NCBI GenBank assembly: GCA_043810355.1
Contig: JBDROB010000070.1
Span: 1 to 58,310, forward strand
From: Candidatus Woesearchaeota archaeon
Lineage (GTDB): Archaea > Nanobdellota > Nanobdellia > Woesearchaeales > JAGVYU01
Direction of reading: 5' to 3'
Length of the DNA: 58,310 bases
Shown: positions 28,871 through 37,485 of the stretch, in pieces
How positions within the stretch are numbered: position 1 is the stretch's first letter
How the letters are laid out: each line of letters starts with the position of its first letter
The notes under the pieces: generated by a model
Told to the model about the DNA's origin: nothing
Databases searched by the model: none
The model's input: only the letters and a program-made list of their open reading frames with translations
Position numbers and translations under genes: made by a program

Positions 28871-30016
28871 TTAAAATTTATATCTTAGAGCAAATGTTGT
28901 TCCAAACCCACGAGTATCATCATGAGCAGTGCTTGTAAAAGTATACCCAATTCCACATTTAAGGCTCAATCTTTTACTCAAGGATCCTTCTCCACCTAAC
29001 CAAGGAGTAAAATAAAACATTTCAACATCCATAGGAGAAACATAGGAAATCAAAGGTATATCAAAAATACTAACACTAATATCCCCTTTAGCTTTAAGAT
29101 GAGAATATCCAAACTCTCCTTCAACATAAGGTTTAAATCCTTTGAAGAATCCAATAAATCTATTTATATCTTGATCAAATTGAGGTCTACCAAGCGGATA
29201 ATATGTCGGACCAGTTGATACTGAGAACATTGATCTTTCTAAATCAACATTTAATCTTAATGGTCCTGCAGACTTTTCATTCTCGATATCTGCATCAATA
29301 TAACCAACTAAAAAAAACCAACCCAACTTATCAGGATACCTTTCATCAAAAATCTTTCTATCAAGAGTCACAAAGCCATTGCTCAATAATCCCTTGTTCC
29401 GATATTTTGTTGTGAATGTATCAATATCAATACCCATTTTTCCAAACATATCTAGCTGATCTTCTGATTTGAGTTTAGGGTACCATGAAGACATTCCAAT
29501 AGAAACAGACCATTTGCTGTCCCTATCCTCAACATAAACAGGCTTGTCAGGATCTAGACTAAGGTCTCTGACTGTGCTTAACTGAGTGAAATCTAGGTTG
29601 TCAAGAAGCCTTGTGGCTTCAAATGCCTGATCTCCTGGAAGAAGCATAAGTCTTGGCTCAAGAGGTGGGATAGGTTCATCTCCTCCATAAGATCTAATGT
29701 TGTCCAGTCTCAGTCTTTGTCCTGTATCAAAGTCAGTTACTACTTTCTCAGGTCCATCTGAACTTAGAGCTGGCTGGTTTCTGCTGCCATCTGAAGAATA
29801 AGGGTCAAAAGGCCTGACTGCTGCTGGACTTGTTGTGTGGCATCCAATTGCAAGTAGGATTGAGGCTATTGTTGTACCTATAATTGGCAAGCGATAAGAA
29901 GATCTTCTTTGTATGGGAATGTGTTCTTGCACCCGGTAGACTCCTCTCCTTTTAGTGATATCAACAGGCCTATCAAGTATCTCTTCACAAATGCCTGTTA
30001 AGTCAGAGTATGCCAT
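28871..30016 (-). CDS. Putative lipoprotein with C-terminal outer-membrane-type beta-barrel
   Basis: Start MAYSD; h-region ending LAIGC; about eight amphipathic strands incl. FKPYVEGEFGYS, LSLKCGIGYTF and terminal GFGTTFALRYKF (C-terminal Phe). Confidence 0.6.
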   Translation of the reverse strand: MAYSDLTGICEEILDRPVDITKRRGVYRVQEHIPIQRRSSYRLPIIGTTIASILLAIGCHTTSPAAVRPFDPYSSDGSRNQPALSSDGPEKVVTDFDTGQRLRLDNIRSYGGDEPIPPLEPRLMLLPGDQAFEATRLLDNLDFTQLSTVRDLSLDPDKPVYVEDRDSKWSVSIGMSSWYPKLKSEDQLDMFGKMGIDIDTFTTKYRNKGLLSNGFVTLDRKIFDERYPDKLGWFFLVGYIDADIENEKSAGPLRLNVDLERSMFSVSTGPTYYPLGRPQFDQDINRFIGFFKGFKPYVEGEFGYSHLKAKGDISVSIFDIPLISYVSPMDVEMFYFTPWLGGEGSLSKRLSLKCGIGYTFTSTAHDDTRGFGTTFALRYKF

Positions 30017-30099
30017 TTTAATACTATCGAGAATACTAGGATATTTAAAAATATTATTGTTTTTCTTATTATAGAATGAATACAATAATTGAATTGGCA

Positions 30100-30247
30100 T
30101 GGACACTGGATGGTATCATTCGCTTTGCTCTTTCTTTTATCCTGTTTAAGGTGCTAAAAGCTTATGCTTTCACCACTGATAGTGTCACTCGTTCCTTTAT
30201 CCAGTGCCCAGCACTCAAACTTTGGGTTTGAGCATTGGACACTGGAC
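30100..30247. repeat. Structured intergenic palindromic element
   Basis: TGGACACTGGAT (30100-30111) pairs with ATCCAGTGCCCA (30199-30210); hairpin CTCAAAC...GTTTGAG; TGGACACTGGA repeated near 30236; GAGCAAAGCGAA on minus strand at 30119-30130. Confidence 0.5.
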
Positions 30248-30353
30248 ATTCTGAGACAAGGTTTATATATAAATTCCAATTATGCAATCAAAGGTGTTGG
30301 CAATTGGAGATTAAATTTTCAAAAAAGAAAATTGAATTAGATAAATATTTAAG

Positions 30354-30512
30354 ATGAAAGTTCCTGATATTGATCTTGAAAAGCTAGAAAAATTTAAAGA
30401 AAAGAATTTCAAGGATAGGCTGGACTTTATAAGAAAGTATGCAGAATGGATAAAAAAAACACCAAACAAGGAATGGAGTTCTCAGCAGAAGAAGATTATC
30501 AACAAAAATTAG
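30354..30512 (+). CDS. 52-aa hypothetical protein (not in ORF track)
   Basis: Hand translation MKVPDIDLEKLEKFKEKNFKDRLDFIRKYAEWIKKTPNKEWSSQQKKIINKN*; host-like codon use; fills the gap up to the convergent patatin stop. Confidence 0.6.
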   Translation: MKVPDIDLEKLEKFKEKNFKDRLDFIRKYAEWIKKTPNKEWSSQQKKIINKN

Positions 30513-31297
30513 ATCTTTTTCAGAACCTTATCAGCCTCTCTAACACCTATCTTGATCAGCTTCTCTGTCTGTGAAAAGTCAGTAATGTGCAGATGCTCTG
30601 GAAGAAGCGGGCTTATCTCTATAAGTTTCTTTATCTTAAAGCTTAGAATTGAGTTCATGATCAGCTGGCGCTTCATCATCTCGCTCACATAATATGACAT
30701 ATTAAGGATTCCTTTTATCTCTTTTGATTGCTTATGATATCCGAGGTTCACTAGTATGACTTGGTCACATCTCAATTCCCTTATTTTATCCAATCCGAGA
30801 TAATTTGAATGACCTCCATCAATATAATAACTGTTGTTGATCATGACTGGCTCAAAAAAAGGAGAGATTGCACAGCTTGCAACTATAGGGTCTTGTAGAT
30901 TGCCCTTATAGAAATAATGGCTTTTTCCATCACTCAATTTTGTACAATTGATATATAACGGCCTTACCAGGTCTTTAAATGATTCTGCCTTAAGATTCTC
31001 ATTTACCAGTTTTTTTAATCCTCTGTTGCTAAACAAGGACTCAATCTTATGGAATTTGTAAAATATCCTCCTGTTCAGGGGAAATATCTTTTTCCTGCTG
31101 ACTCCAATCCATATCCTCTCAAGATTAAGTATGTTCTCAGAAAAATCCTTGCCGTCAAGAAATACAGCAGCATTCAATGCTCCAACACTTGTGCCTATAA
31201 ATACATCTGGTATCAGTGATTGACTCAGAACCTTGAGGACTCCAACTTCAACAGCTCCTTTCGAGCCACCTCCAGTAAGAACCAAAGCTGTTTTCAT
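30509..31297 (-). CDS. Patatin-like phospholipase
   Basis: GGGSKG oxyanion loop, GTSVG nucleophile Ser, ASCAISP, DGG catalytic Asp. Confidence 0.9.
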   Translation of the reverse strand: MKTALVLTGGGSKGAVEVGVLKVLSQSLIPDVFIGTSVGALNAAVFLDGKDFSENILNLERIWIGVSRKKIFPLNRRIFYKFHKIESLFSNRGLKKLVNENLKAESFKDLVRPLYINCTKLSDGKSHYFYKGNLQDPIVASCAISPFFEPVMINNSYYIDGGHSNYLGLDKIRELRCDQVILVNLGYHKQSKEIKGILNMSYYVSEMMKRQLIMNSILSFKIKKLIEISPLLPEHLHITDFSQTEKLIKIGVREADKVLKKI

Positions 31298-31391
31298 AAT
31301 AAAGCCTTATATCTCAGATTATAAAAATCTTATGATAATAAGTTGTGTTTTCCGCAATCTTTAAATACATACATATTAATGTTTAATATTA

Positions 31392-32096
31392 ATGGAAAGA
31401 GTGAAAACATATATTAAAGGCATGGACGAGATATTAGGAGGAGGATTTAATAAAGGTACAGTAGCATTGATAGCAGGTGGAGCAGGTTCTGGAAAATCAG
31501 TGCTAGCAATGGAATTTGTCTATAATGGGATAATAAAAGACAAGCAGCCAGGAGCATTCATATCTTTTGAAGAGGAAAAATCCAATGTATATGCCTGGAT
31601 GAAAGAATTTGGATGGGATCTGGCTGACCTTGAAAAGAAAAAGAAATTTGTGTTCCTTGAATATACTCCTGAGAAAGTGAAGAAACTATTGGATGAAGGA
31701 GGCGGACTGATATCAACTGCTCTTGAGAAGATAAAGGTCAAAAGGATAGCAATAGACTCAATCACCTCTTTTACATTATTATTCAAGGATGAACTGCAGA
31801 GAAGAGAGGCTTTAGTGGATTTATTCAAGCTATTGAGGAGATGGAATGCAACAACAGTTGTTACTGGCGAGTTTGAATCAAATATTGAGGAGCATATATC
31901 AAATGCACTTGAGTTTGAAGTTGACAATATTGTCCTTTTATATCATCCAAGGAAAAAGGACCAAAGGGAAAGATCGATAGAAATATTAAAGTCACGGGGA
32001 AGCTCTCATATTGAAAAGGTGTTTCCTTTTAAGATAGGGGAAAAAGGAATAGAAGTGTTAACAAAGGAAAGAATAGATTATTACAGAAGAAAGTAA
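31392..32096 (+). CDS. RAD55/KaiC-like ATPase (second paralog)
   Basis: GMDEILGGG, GGAGSGKS, SFEE, IAIDS, ILKSRGS. Confidence 0.9.
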   Translation: MERVKTYIKGMDEILGGGFNKGTVALIAGGAGSGKSVLAMEFVYNGIIKDKQPGAFISFEEEKSNVYAWMKEFGWDLADLEKKKKFVFLEYTPEKVKKLLDEGGGLISTALEKIKVKRIAIDSITSFTLLFKDELQRREALVDLFKLLRRWNATTVVTGEFESNIEEHISNALEFEVDNIVLLYHPRKKDQRERSIEILKSRGSSHIEKVFPFKIGEKGIEVLTKERIDYYRRK

Positions 32097-32127
32097 TTTA
32101 TTAAAAATTTGATTACTGACAACTTAG

Positions 32128-32460
32128 TCATTTCATCAAGCTTTCTAGAATATCGTTTATCTCTTTCTCAGATTTCCTGGCAATGTTTGAATAAGGAATT
32201 ACAGAAAGCAATAGGACGCATAATCCAGCAATTACAAGAAAATTCAAGGTATTTTGTGGGATTAATTTGTTCAAGAATCCTATAATGCCTAACAGAAGGA
32301 AAGCAAGGAATAATAATAGACCCTTGTCAAGTATGAGGATAGCCCTTTCCCTGTTCAGCTTTGACTTCTCAATCTTTAAAGCAATAAACTGCTTTTCAGC
32401 ATCAGTCAGCTTCCGCTGAGGAAATTTCCTGAAAACATTCTCTTCCTTATCTTCTCGCAT
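32128..32460 (-). CDS. Hypothetical two-TM membrane protein
   Basis: Two hydrophobic helices after a charged N-terminus; GAGGT SD. Confidence 0.7.
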   Translation of the reverse strand: MREDKEENVFRKFPQRKLTDAEKQFIALKIEKSKLNRERAILILDKGLLLFLAFLLLGIIGFLNKLIPQNTLNFLVIAGLCVLLLSVIPYSNIARKSEKEINDILESLMK

Positions 32461-32618
32461 GATTACCTCTTTTACTTTTTAATGTATATATTGGATTCTA
32501 TGTATTCTTCTATAAAAATGTTACGGAATTTTTAGAATAAATTCCCTAATTTGAGAAATTATTATTAATTTTTTGTAAGTTTTGATAAGAATTGGTTTAA
32601 ATCATCATGCTTAGAGTA

Positions 32619-32987
32619 TCAGGTGAATTTGAACAGGGTCTGGGGCTTTTTGGTGAACCTTGTCACGTTCTTCATCTTTATTGTGTCAATGATCCTGAAA
32701 TAAGGCATCAATTCTTTCTCAATTGACTTAAACCTTTTTTCTCCTGCTGGAGTGAATTTCAGAGTCTTATTATCATATGTTATATACCTCTTTTTTTCAA
32801 GTGTCTCGAGATTTTTATAGATTGATCTAGGCTGTTTCTTCTCTATGCCTGCGTTTTTGACCAAGCTGATGAAATCAGATTTTGATAATGCTACTTCAAG
32901 GCCTTTACTCTTAAACCTCCTGTTCATTATCTTATAGTATGCACCTAAAGCAAATAATATTAGTTTAGTCTTGATTGTTAGCTTCAT
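32619..32987 (-). CDS. Winged-helix protein
   Basis: RSIYKNLETLEKKRYI...LKFTPAG resembles a PadR/MarR-type wHTH. Confidence 0.6.
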   Translation of the reverse strand: MKLTIKTKLILFALGAYYKIMNRRFKSKGLEVALSKSDFISLVKNAGIEKKQPRSIYKNLETLEKKRYITYDNKTLKFTPAGEKRFKSIEKELMPYFRIIDTIKMKNVTRFTKKPQTLFKFT

Positions 32988-33047
32988 AAAGGCATTATTG
33001 TGATGAAAATATAAAAATATTGCTGAAATTGAGACTATATTCTCTTT

Positions 33048-33383
33048 TTAAATGAATAAAGAATTTAATTTTCTTAAAACTTGTGCAAACTTTTTCTGGT
33101 TAAGCATATCAATCTTTTTAATAATTAAATCTTTTTTAATTCTTAAAATTGCATCAACTTTTATCAATGATTTCCTGCTTAACACTCCTATTTCAACATC
33201 ATTCTTATCAATTAATAATGAGTGAGGTTTTTCACTTATCTGTGAAGTCATAGCACATACAAGGATATCCTCTCCTGAATCATTAAATGAGTTTTTAGAA
33301 ATAACTATGGCTGGTCTGATCTTCTTGTTTGATTGGTCAGAAAAGGGAAATGGCAAAAGCACTATCGATCTTTGTTCAAACAT
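33048..33383 (-). CDS. MazF/PemK-family toxin
   Basis: IVLLPFPFSD...KIRPAIVIS, CAMTS; start ATG 33383. Confidence 0.88.
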   Translation of the reverse strand: MFEQRSIVLLPFPFSDQSNKKIRPAIVISKNSFNDSGEDILVCAMTSQISEKPHSLLIDKNDVEIGVLSRKSLIKVDAILRIKKDLIIKKIDMLNQKKFAQVLRKLNSLFI

Positions 33384-33385
33384 TT

Positions 33386-33661
33386 TTATAAATATTCTCT
33401 CCATACTTTATCATCTTCCTCATTATCCCAAATGTCTTTTAAATTAGCTTCTGCTAAAGCAAGAAGGCCCAGGTCCTCCTTTTTTCCCTCTGATGATTTT
33501 AATTTTTTTAACATTTTTTCAATTACCTCAACTTTTTGCAGAGTTAGCTTATTACCTTCCTCTAGCAATATCAACTTAGTGCCTTTATCAATCTTGTGCC
33601 TTTTGCGAACATGTTCAGGGATAACAAGCTGTCCTTTTGATGATACTATTATAGATTCCAT
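33386..33661 (-). CDS. AbrB/MazE-family antitoxin
   Basis: VSSKGQLVIPEHVRK AbrB motif; acidic tail IWDNEEDDKVW; directly upstream of the toxin. Confidence 0.88.
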   Translation of the reverse strand: MESIIVSSKGQLVIPEHVRKRHKIDKGTKLILLEEGNKLTLQKVEVIEKMLKKLKSSEGKKEDLGLLALAEANLKDIWDNEEDDKVWREYL

Positions 33662-33758
33662 TCTTACCAGTAAGCTTAGTAAGTATGAACTTATATTTAA
33701 ATCTTTTGATATTCTTGTTACCAACAAACTTTAAATAATATCAGATTTTACTTTTCAT

Positions 33759-34466
33759 ATGGATGTAAAAAAAGCGGTTATATTAGCTGGAGGTCTTGGC
33801 GAAAGATTGAGACCTCTTACCCTATCAACACCAAAATCACTGGTGAATGTGCATGGAAGGACATTGATAGAGCACCTTCTGGATCTTTTTAAAAAGCATG
33901 GGATCAAGGATATCTATATTTCAGTTGGTTATTTGGGTGAGAAAATAATTGATTATTTTGGAGATGGAAGCAAATTTGGAGTCAAGATAACATTTTTCCA
34001 TGAAAAAGAAAGATTAGGCACTGCAGGATGCCTGAGATTTTTCAAAGAGCATCTGAATGAGACATTTATCTTGACAAATGGTGATGAATTAAAGGAATTA
34101 GACCTGAAAGAAATGGAAGAATTACATAAAATAAATAATTCGAGAGCAACAATCGCGCTATGGGAAGTTGAGGACCCGTCTAAATATGGCGTAGCTGACC
34201 TTGATGGAGAGAGGATAGCAAAATTTGTTGAAAAACCAAAAAAAGAAGAGGCTCCATCAAATTTTATTAGTTCAGGACTTTATATATTGGATCCAGAAGT
34301 TGTAGACATGGTAAAACCAGGATATTGCATGTTTGAAACAGACATATTTCCAAGGATTGCTGAAGCATCTAGATTGTATGGTTATAAGTTTAGAGGGCAA
34401 TGGTTTGACACTGGAAATATAGAAAGGCTTGAAAAAGCAAGAAAAGAGTGGAAGGATCTGAAATAA
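33759..34466 (+). CDS. Sugar-phosphate nucleotidyltransferase (mannose-1-P guanylyltransferase-like)
   Basis: AVILAGGLGERLRPLT..PK, LGTAG, NGD, FVEKP, WFDTG. Confidence 0.88.
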   Translation: MDVKKAVILAGGLGERLRPLTLSTPKSLVNVHGRTLIEHLLDLFKKHGIKDIYISVGYLGEKIIDYFGDGSKFGVKITFFHEKERLGTAGCLRFFKEHLNETFILTNGDELKELDLKEMEELHKINNSRATIALWEVEDPSKYGVADLDGERIAKFVEKPKKEEAPSNFISSGLYILDPEVVDMVKPGYCMFETDIFPRIAEASRLYGYKFRGQWFDTGNIERLEKARKEWKDLK

Positions 34467-34467
34467 A

Positions 34468-35046
34468 ATGACAGTTCTATGCGACAAGGATATTAGAAAA
34501 TATTTGGAAGAAGGGAAATTAGTCATACATGGATTTGACATATCAAAGATTGATCCATGCTCAATTGACTTAAAGCTTGGAAACACATTCAAGATATTCA
34601 AGCATAATGAAATCTCACATATTGACATCAAAAAGGGTTTAAGTGAGGAGTTTATGGAAAAAGTAGAGAAGCGAGATGAACAGCAGTTTATTGTGCATCC
34701 TGGAGAGCTGATCCTGGCACATACAAAAGAGACAGTAAAATTGCCTGCTGATATTGTGGGTACTCTTGATGGAAGGTCTTCCTTAGGAAGGATAGGATTG
34801 GTAATCCATTCAACTGCAAATTCTATTGATCCGGGATTTGAAGGCCATATAACATTGGAAATTAGCAATATTGCAAAGGTTCCAGTAATATTATATCCTG
34901 GAATGAGAGTCTGCCGTCTGGCATTTACAAAATTGTCTGATACATGTGAAATACCTTATAATATGAGGAAGAAATCAAAATATGCTTCTCAGATAGGTCC
35001 TGGGGTCTCTAAGATCTCAATGGATGGGCAAGATAAGCTTGTCTAG
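34468..35046 (+). CDS. dcd: dCTP deaminase
   Basis: PCSIDLKLG, GRSSLGRIG, IDPGFEGHITLE, KYASQ. Confidence 0.93.
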   Translation: MTVLCDKDIRKYLEEGKLVIHGFDISKIDPCSIDLKLGNTFKIFKHNEISHIDIKKGLSEEFMEKVEKRDEQQFIVHPGELILAHTKETVKLPADIVGTLDGRSSLGRIGLVIHSTANSIDPGFEGHITLEISNIAKVPVILYPGMRVCRLAFTKLSDTCEIPYNMRKKSKYASQIGPGVSKISMDGQDKLV

Positions 35047-35057
35047 CAAGACGGTCT

Positions 35058-35073
35058 TTTTAGGACAGAGCCT
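35058..35073 (+). promoter_or_regulatory. 16-bp motif TTTTAGGACAGAGCCT upstream of TATA-like box (copy 1)
   Basis: Exact second copy at 39852-39867; TTTAAA at 35090 and ATG at 35120. Confidence 0.45.
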
Positions 35074-35119
35074 AGGAAAACGTAAGGTTTTTAAACATAA
35101 ATATAAAACAAACACTACA

Positions 35120-35326
35120 ATGACAAAATACAAGATTTCAGTGAACAAGGAAAAATGCATAGGGTGCGGTGCATGCACTTCTGTCAGTGATAATTTCAAA
35201 TTGGATGAGAGTGAGGACACTCCAAAAGCACATCCAGTCAAGGCAGAAGTCGACAAGATAGACAAGGAAAAAGAGGCAGAAGAGATCTGTCCTGTTGATG
35301 CTATTAAGGTTGAGGAATTAGAATAG
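35120..35326 (+). CDS. Monocluster ferredoxin
   Basis: CIGCGAC and distal CPVDAI; start MTKYK at 35120, 30 nt after the TATA-like box. Confidence 0.9.
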   Translation: MTKYKISVNKEKCIGCGACTSVSDNFKLDESEDTPKAHPVKAEVDKIDKEKEAEEICPVDAIKVEELE

Positions 35327-35343
35327 ACAATTCTATTATTTTT

Positions 35344-36030
35344 TTACCTGCTCTTTTCTACACCAACTCTTTTACAGAGGGTGCAAATTTTGCATTTGGA
35401 GCACCAAGGAGAGACAGGAGTGCAGATGTTCTGGCCCCACATGACCAAAAGGTCATTGTAGATTATCCAATATTTTTTTGGAAGGATTTTTCTTAATGTG
35501 AACTCTGTCTCATGTGGATTCTTGGTCTTGAGAAGGCCGAGCCTGTTTGAGATTCGGTCGACATGCACATCAACACAGATTCCTGGCTTGTTGTAGCCTA
35601 ATGTTATCACTAAGTTGGCTGTCTTCCTTCCGACACCGTGGAGTTTTAGTAATTCATCAATTTCATCTGGGACTTTTGATTTGTATTTGGTTATTAGTAT
35701 CTTGGCTATGTCTTTGATTCTTTTTGATTTAGTCTTGTAGAAGCCAACTGGATAGATTGCTTTTTCAATTGTTTTTATTGGAAGTCTTGAGAGCTGTTCT
35801 GGTGTTTTTGCCAGTTTGTTGAGTCTTTGAAAAGCTTTTATTGTTGTCTGGTCTTTAGTCCTAAGGCTGAGGATGCATGAGATGAGGACATTGAATGGCT
35901 TGTTCTTAGTCTTATCCCAAGAGACCATTGTGACTGAAGGGTCTTTCAGTCTTTCAGTCTCTGAAATGAGGATTTTTATGATATTATCAATATCATTTGT
36001 TTTTGTAGTTTTATTTTTTTTCTTATCCAT
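35344..36030 (-). CDS. nth: Endonuclease III
   Basis: HhH GVGRKTAN, VDVHV.RISNR, C-X6-C-X2-C-X5-C Fe-S motif. Confidence 0.93.
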   Translation of the reverse strand: MDKKKNKTTKTNDIDNIIKILISETERLKDPSVTMVSWDKTKNKPFNVLISCILSLRTKDQTTIKAFQRLNKLAKTPEQLSRLPIKTIEKAIYPVGFYKTKSKRIKDIAKILITKYKSKVPDEIDELLKLHGVGRKTANLVITLGYNKPGICVDVHVDRISNRLGLLKTKNPHETEFTLRKILPKKYWIIYNDLLVMWGQNICTPVSPWCSKCKICTLCKRVGVEKSR

Positions 36031-36037
36031 TTTTATT

Positions 36038-36655
36038 TTACTTAAAAACCTCACCAGTCTCTATTGACCAGAATAAGAGGTCGAGTTCATCTATTGGGAT
36101 GTTTATCTTTCTGCTGAAATCCTTGAATTGTTCTTCGATTTTTAAGTAGTGTTTTTTTGTCATAGTTTTTGGCAGTTCTTTGATAACTTTGTATTTTTTC
36201 AGGTTTTTAAGGATGTGTCTGTCAAGGATTGCTAAGTTTTTGTGTCCAGTATTTCTTAAGTAGTGTGAGGCTTCTTTCATACCAATGCCTTTGACATTAT
36301 TGACAAGATATTCTCTTTTTTCTTTTGATGTAAACTTATTTGAAGAAATGATGTCACACAATATATTGTAATTATCTTTCATTTCAGCTAAATAATTGGA
36401 TTTGTTTTTGTAGAATCTGGTTTTTTGCTTAAGGATATCTTTGATATCATCTGCTGCTATATTTCTTTTAATAAAATCCTTTTCTTTTAGAGTTGAGATA
36501 GCTAAATCGCATTTCTTAGCATTTGACTGCGGAGTGAGAAGGCAGAAGCAGAGCTCGTAAAACAACTGGTTACCTCTGATTTTAGAGAAGTCATCCAGTC
36601 TGGATTTGATTATCTTTCTCTTTATTTTATACTCTTTTTTCAGGTTTTTTAGCAT
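36038..36655 (-). CDS. ogg: 8-oxoguanine N-glycosylase/AP lyase (Ogg2 type)
   Basis: ELCFCLLTPQS, KGIGMKEASHYLRN, AILDRHI, ELDLLFW...TGEVFK. Confidence 0.9.
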   Translation of the reverse strand: MLKNLKKEYKIKRKIIKSRLDDFSKIRGNQLFYELCFCLLTPQSNAKKCDLAISTLKEKDFIKRNIAADDIKDILKQKTRFYKNKSNYLAEMKDNYNILCDIISSNKFTSKEKREYLVNNVKGIGMKEASHYLRNTGHKNLAILDRHILKNLKKYKVIKELPKTMTKKHYLKIEEQFKDFSRKINIPIDELDLLFWSIETGEVFK

Positions 36656-36709
36656 GATATCATCAGAAAATGTGCTAGTTTATAAATACTTTTTTTAATT
36701 GTAAAAGTA

Positions 36710-37360
36710 TCAGTCTAAGAATCCGATTGAATTATAGTCTTTAGGATGCTCCCTAAGGAAAGCATGATAAGGAATCCTAAATCCCTTAATTTTGTCATAT
36801 AACTGCTCTCCAAATACAAATTGGGGCTCATCATTAGGATCCGGTGGATTCAAACTTTTTAACCATTGATGTACTCTTTCCAATGGAATTCTCCTGTTGA
36901 AAAAATTTGAAAGGCCTAATTCAAGCATAGCAACTCTTTCATCAAATCTTCCAGGTGTTTCCATAAGTAGAGTTTTAAGGACTGTTGACTTACCTTCAAG
37001 AATCTCTCTTCTCATCTGGCCTGTGAAATGGGTTGTATTAAAAGTTGAGGGAGTAACATAATTTTCAATTTCAACAGGATAAATTGGCTGTCTTCTGAAT
37101 GGAGTGGATTCAAGATGGTCTGGAGTTACTACACCAATATCAACAAATAGTCTTGCTAATGGAAACTGCTGAAACCGCTCATATGGGGATAGTAAAAAAT
37201 AGCATTCATAATAAAGATTAGGGGCAGAATTATGTGAAAGTCGGGTCATACCATCAATCTGTTCACTGCCTATTTTGAACAAACCTAAACCAGATCTCAA
37301 TATCCTTTCCTCTAATTCTTCAGGTGATACTGATGTCAATACCACTAATTGCCTTGCCAT
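36710..37360 (-). CDS. Hypothetical protein
   Basis: 216-aa ORF with TATA-like box about 25 nt upstream; no recognisable motif. Confidence 0.65.
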   Translation of the reverse strand: MARQLVVLTSVSPEELEERILRSGLGLFKIGSEQIDGMTRLSHNSAPNLYYECYFLLSPYERFQQFPLARLFVDIGVVTPDHLESTPFRRQPIYPVEIENYVTPSTFNTTHFTGQMRREILEGKSTVLKTLLMETPGRFDERVAMLELGLSNFFNRRIPLERVHQWLKSLNPPDPNDEPQFVFGEQLYDKIKGFRIPYHAFLREHPKDYNSIGFLD

Positions 37361-37485
37361 ACAAGAGCAGAATGAAAAACGATTTTTAAATGTTATTGGT
37401 ATTGAAAGAGAAAAATTACTGATTTTACAATAAATTATGCATGTTAAAGAAAAGATTTTTATAGATAAAATTTGAGTAGGGTTAT

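Noticed and set aside
12925-32096. Two KaiC-like ATPases as a circadian clock
   Set aside because: Single-domain RAD55/GvpD-type proteins are common in archaea; no KaiA or KaiB in the window.
35344-36655. nth-ogg pair as a defence or DNA-modification system
   Set aside because: Ordinary base-excision repair enzymes with canonical motifs.
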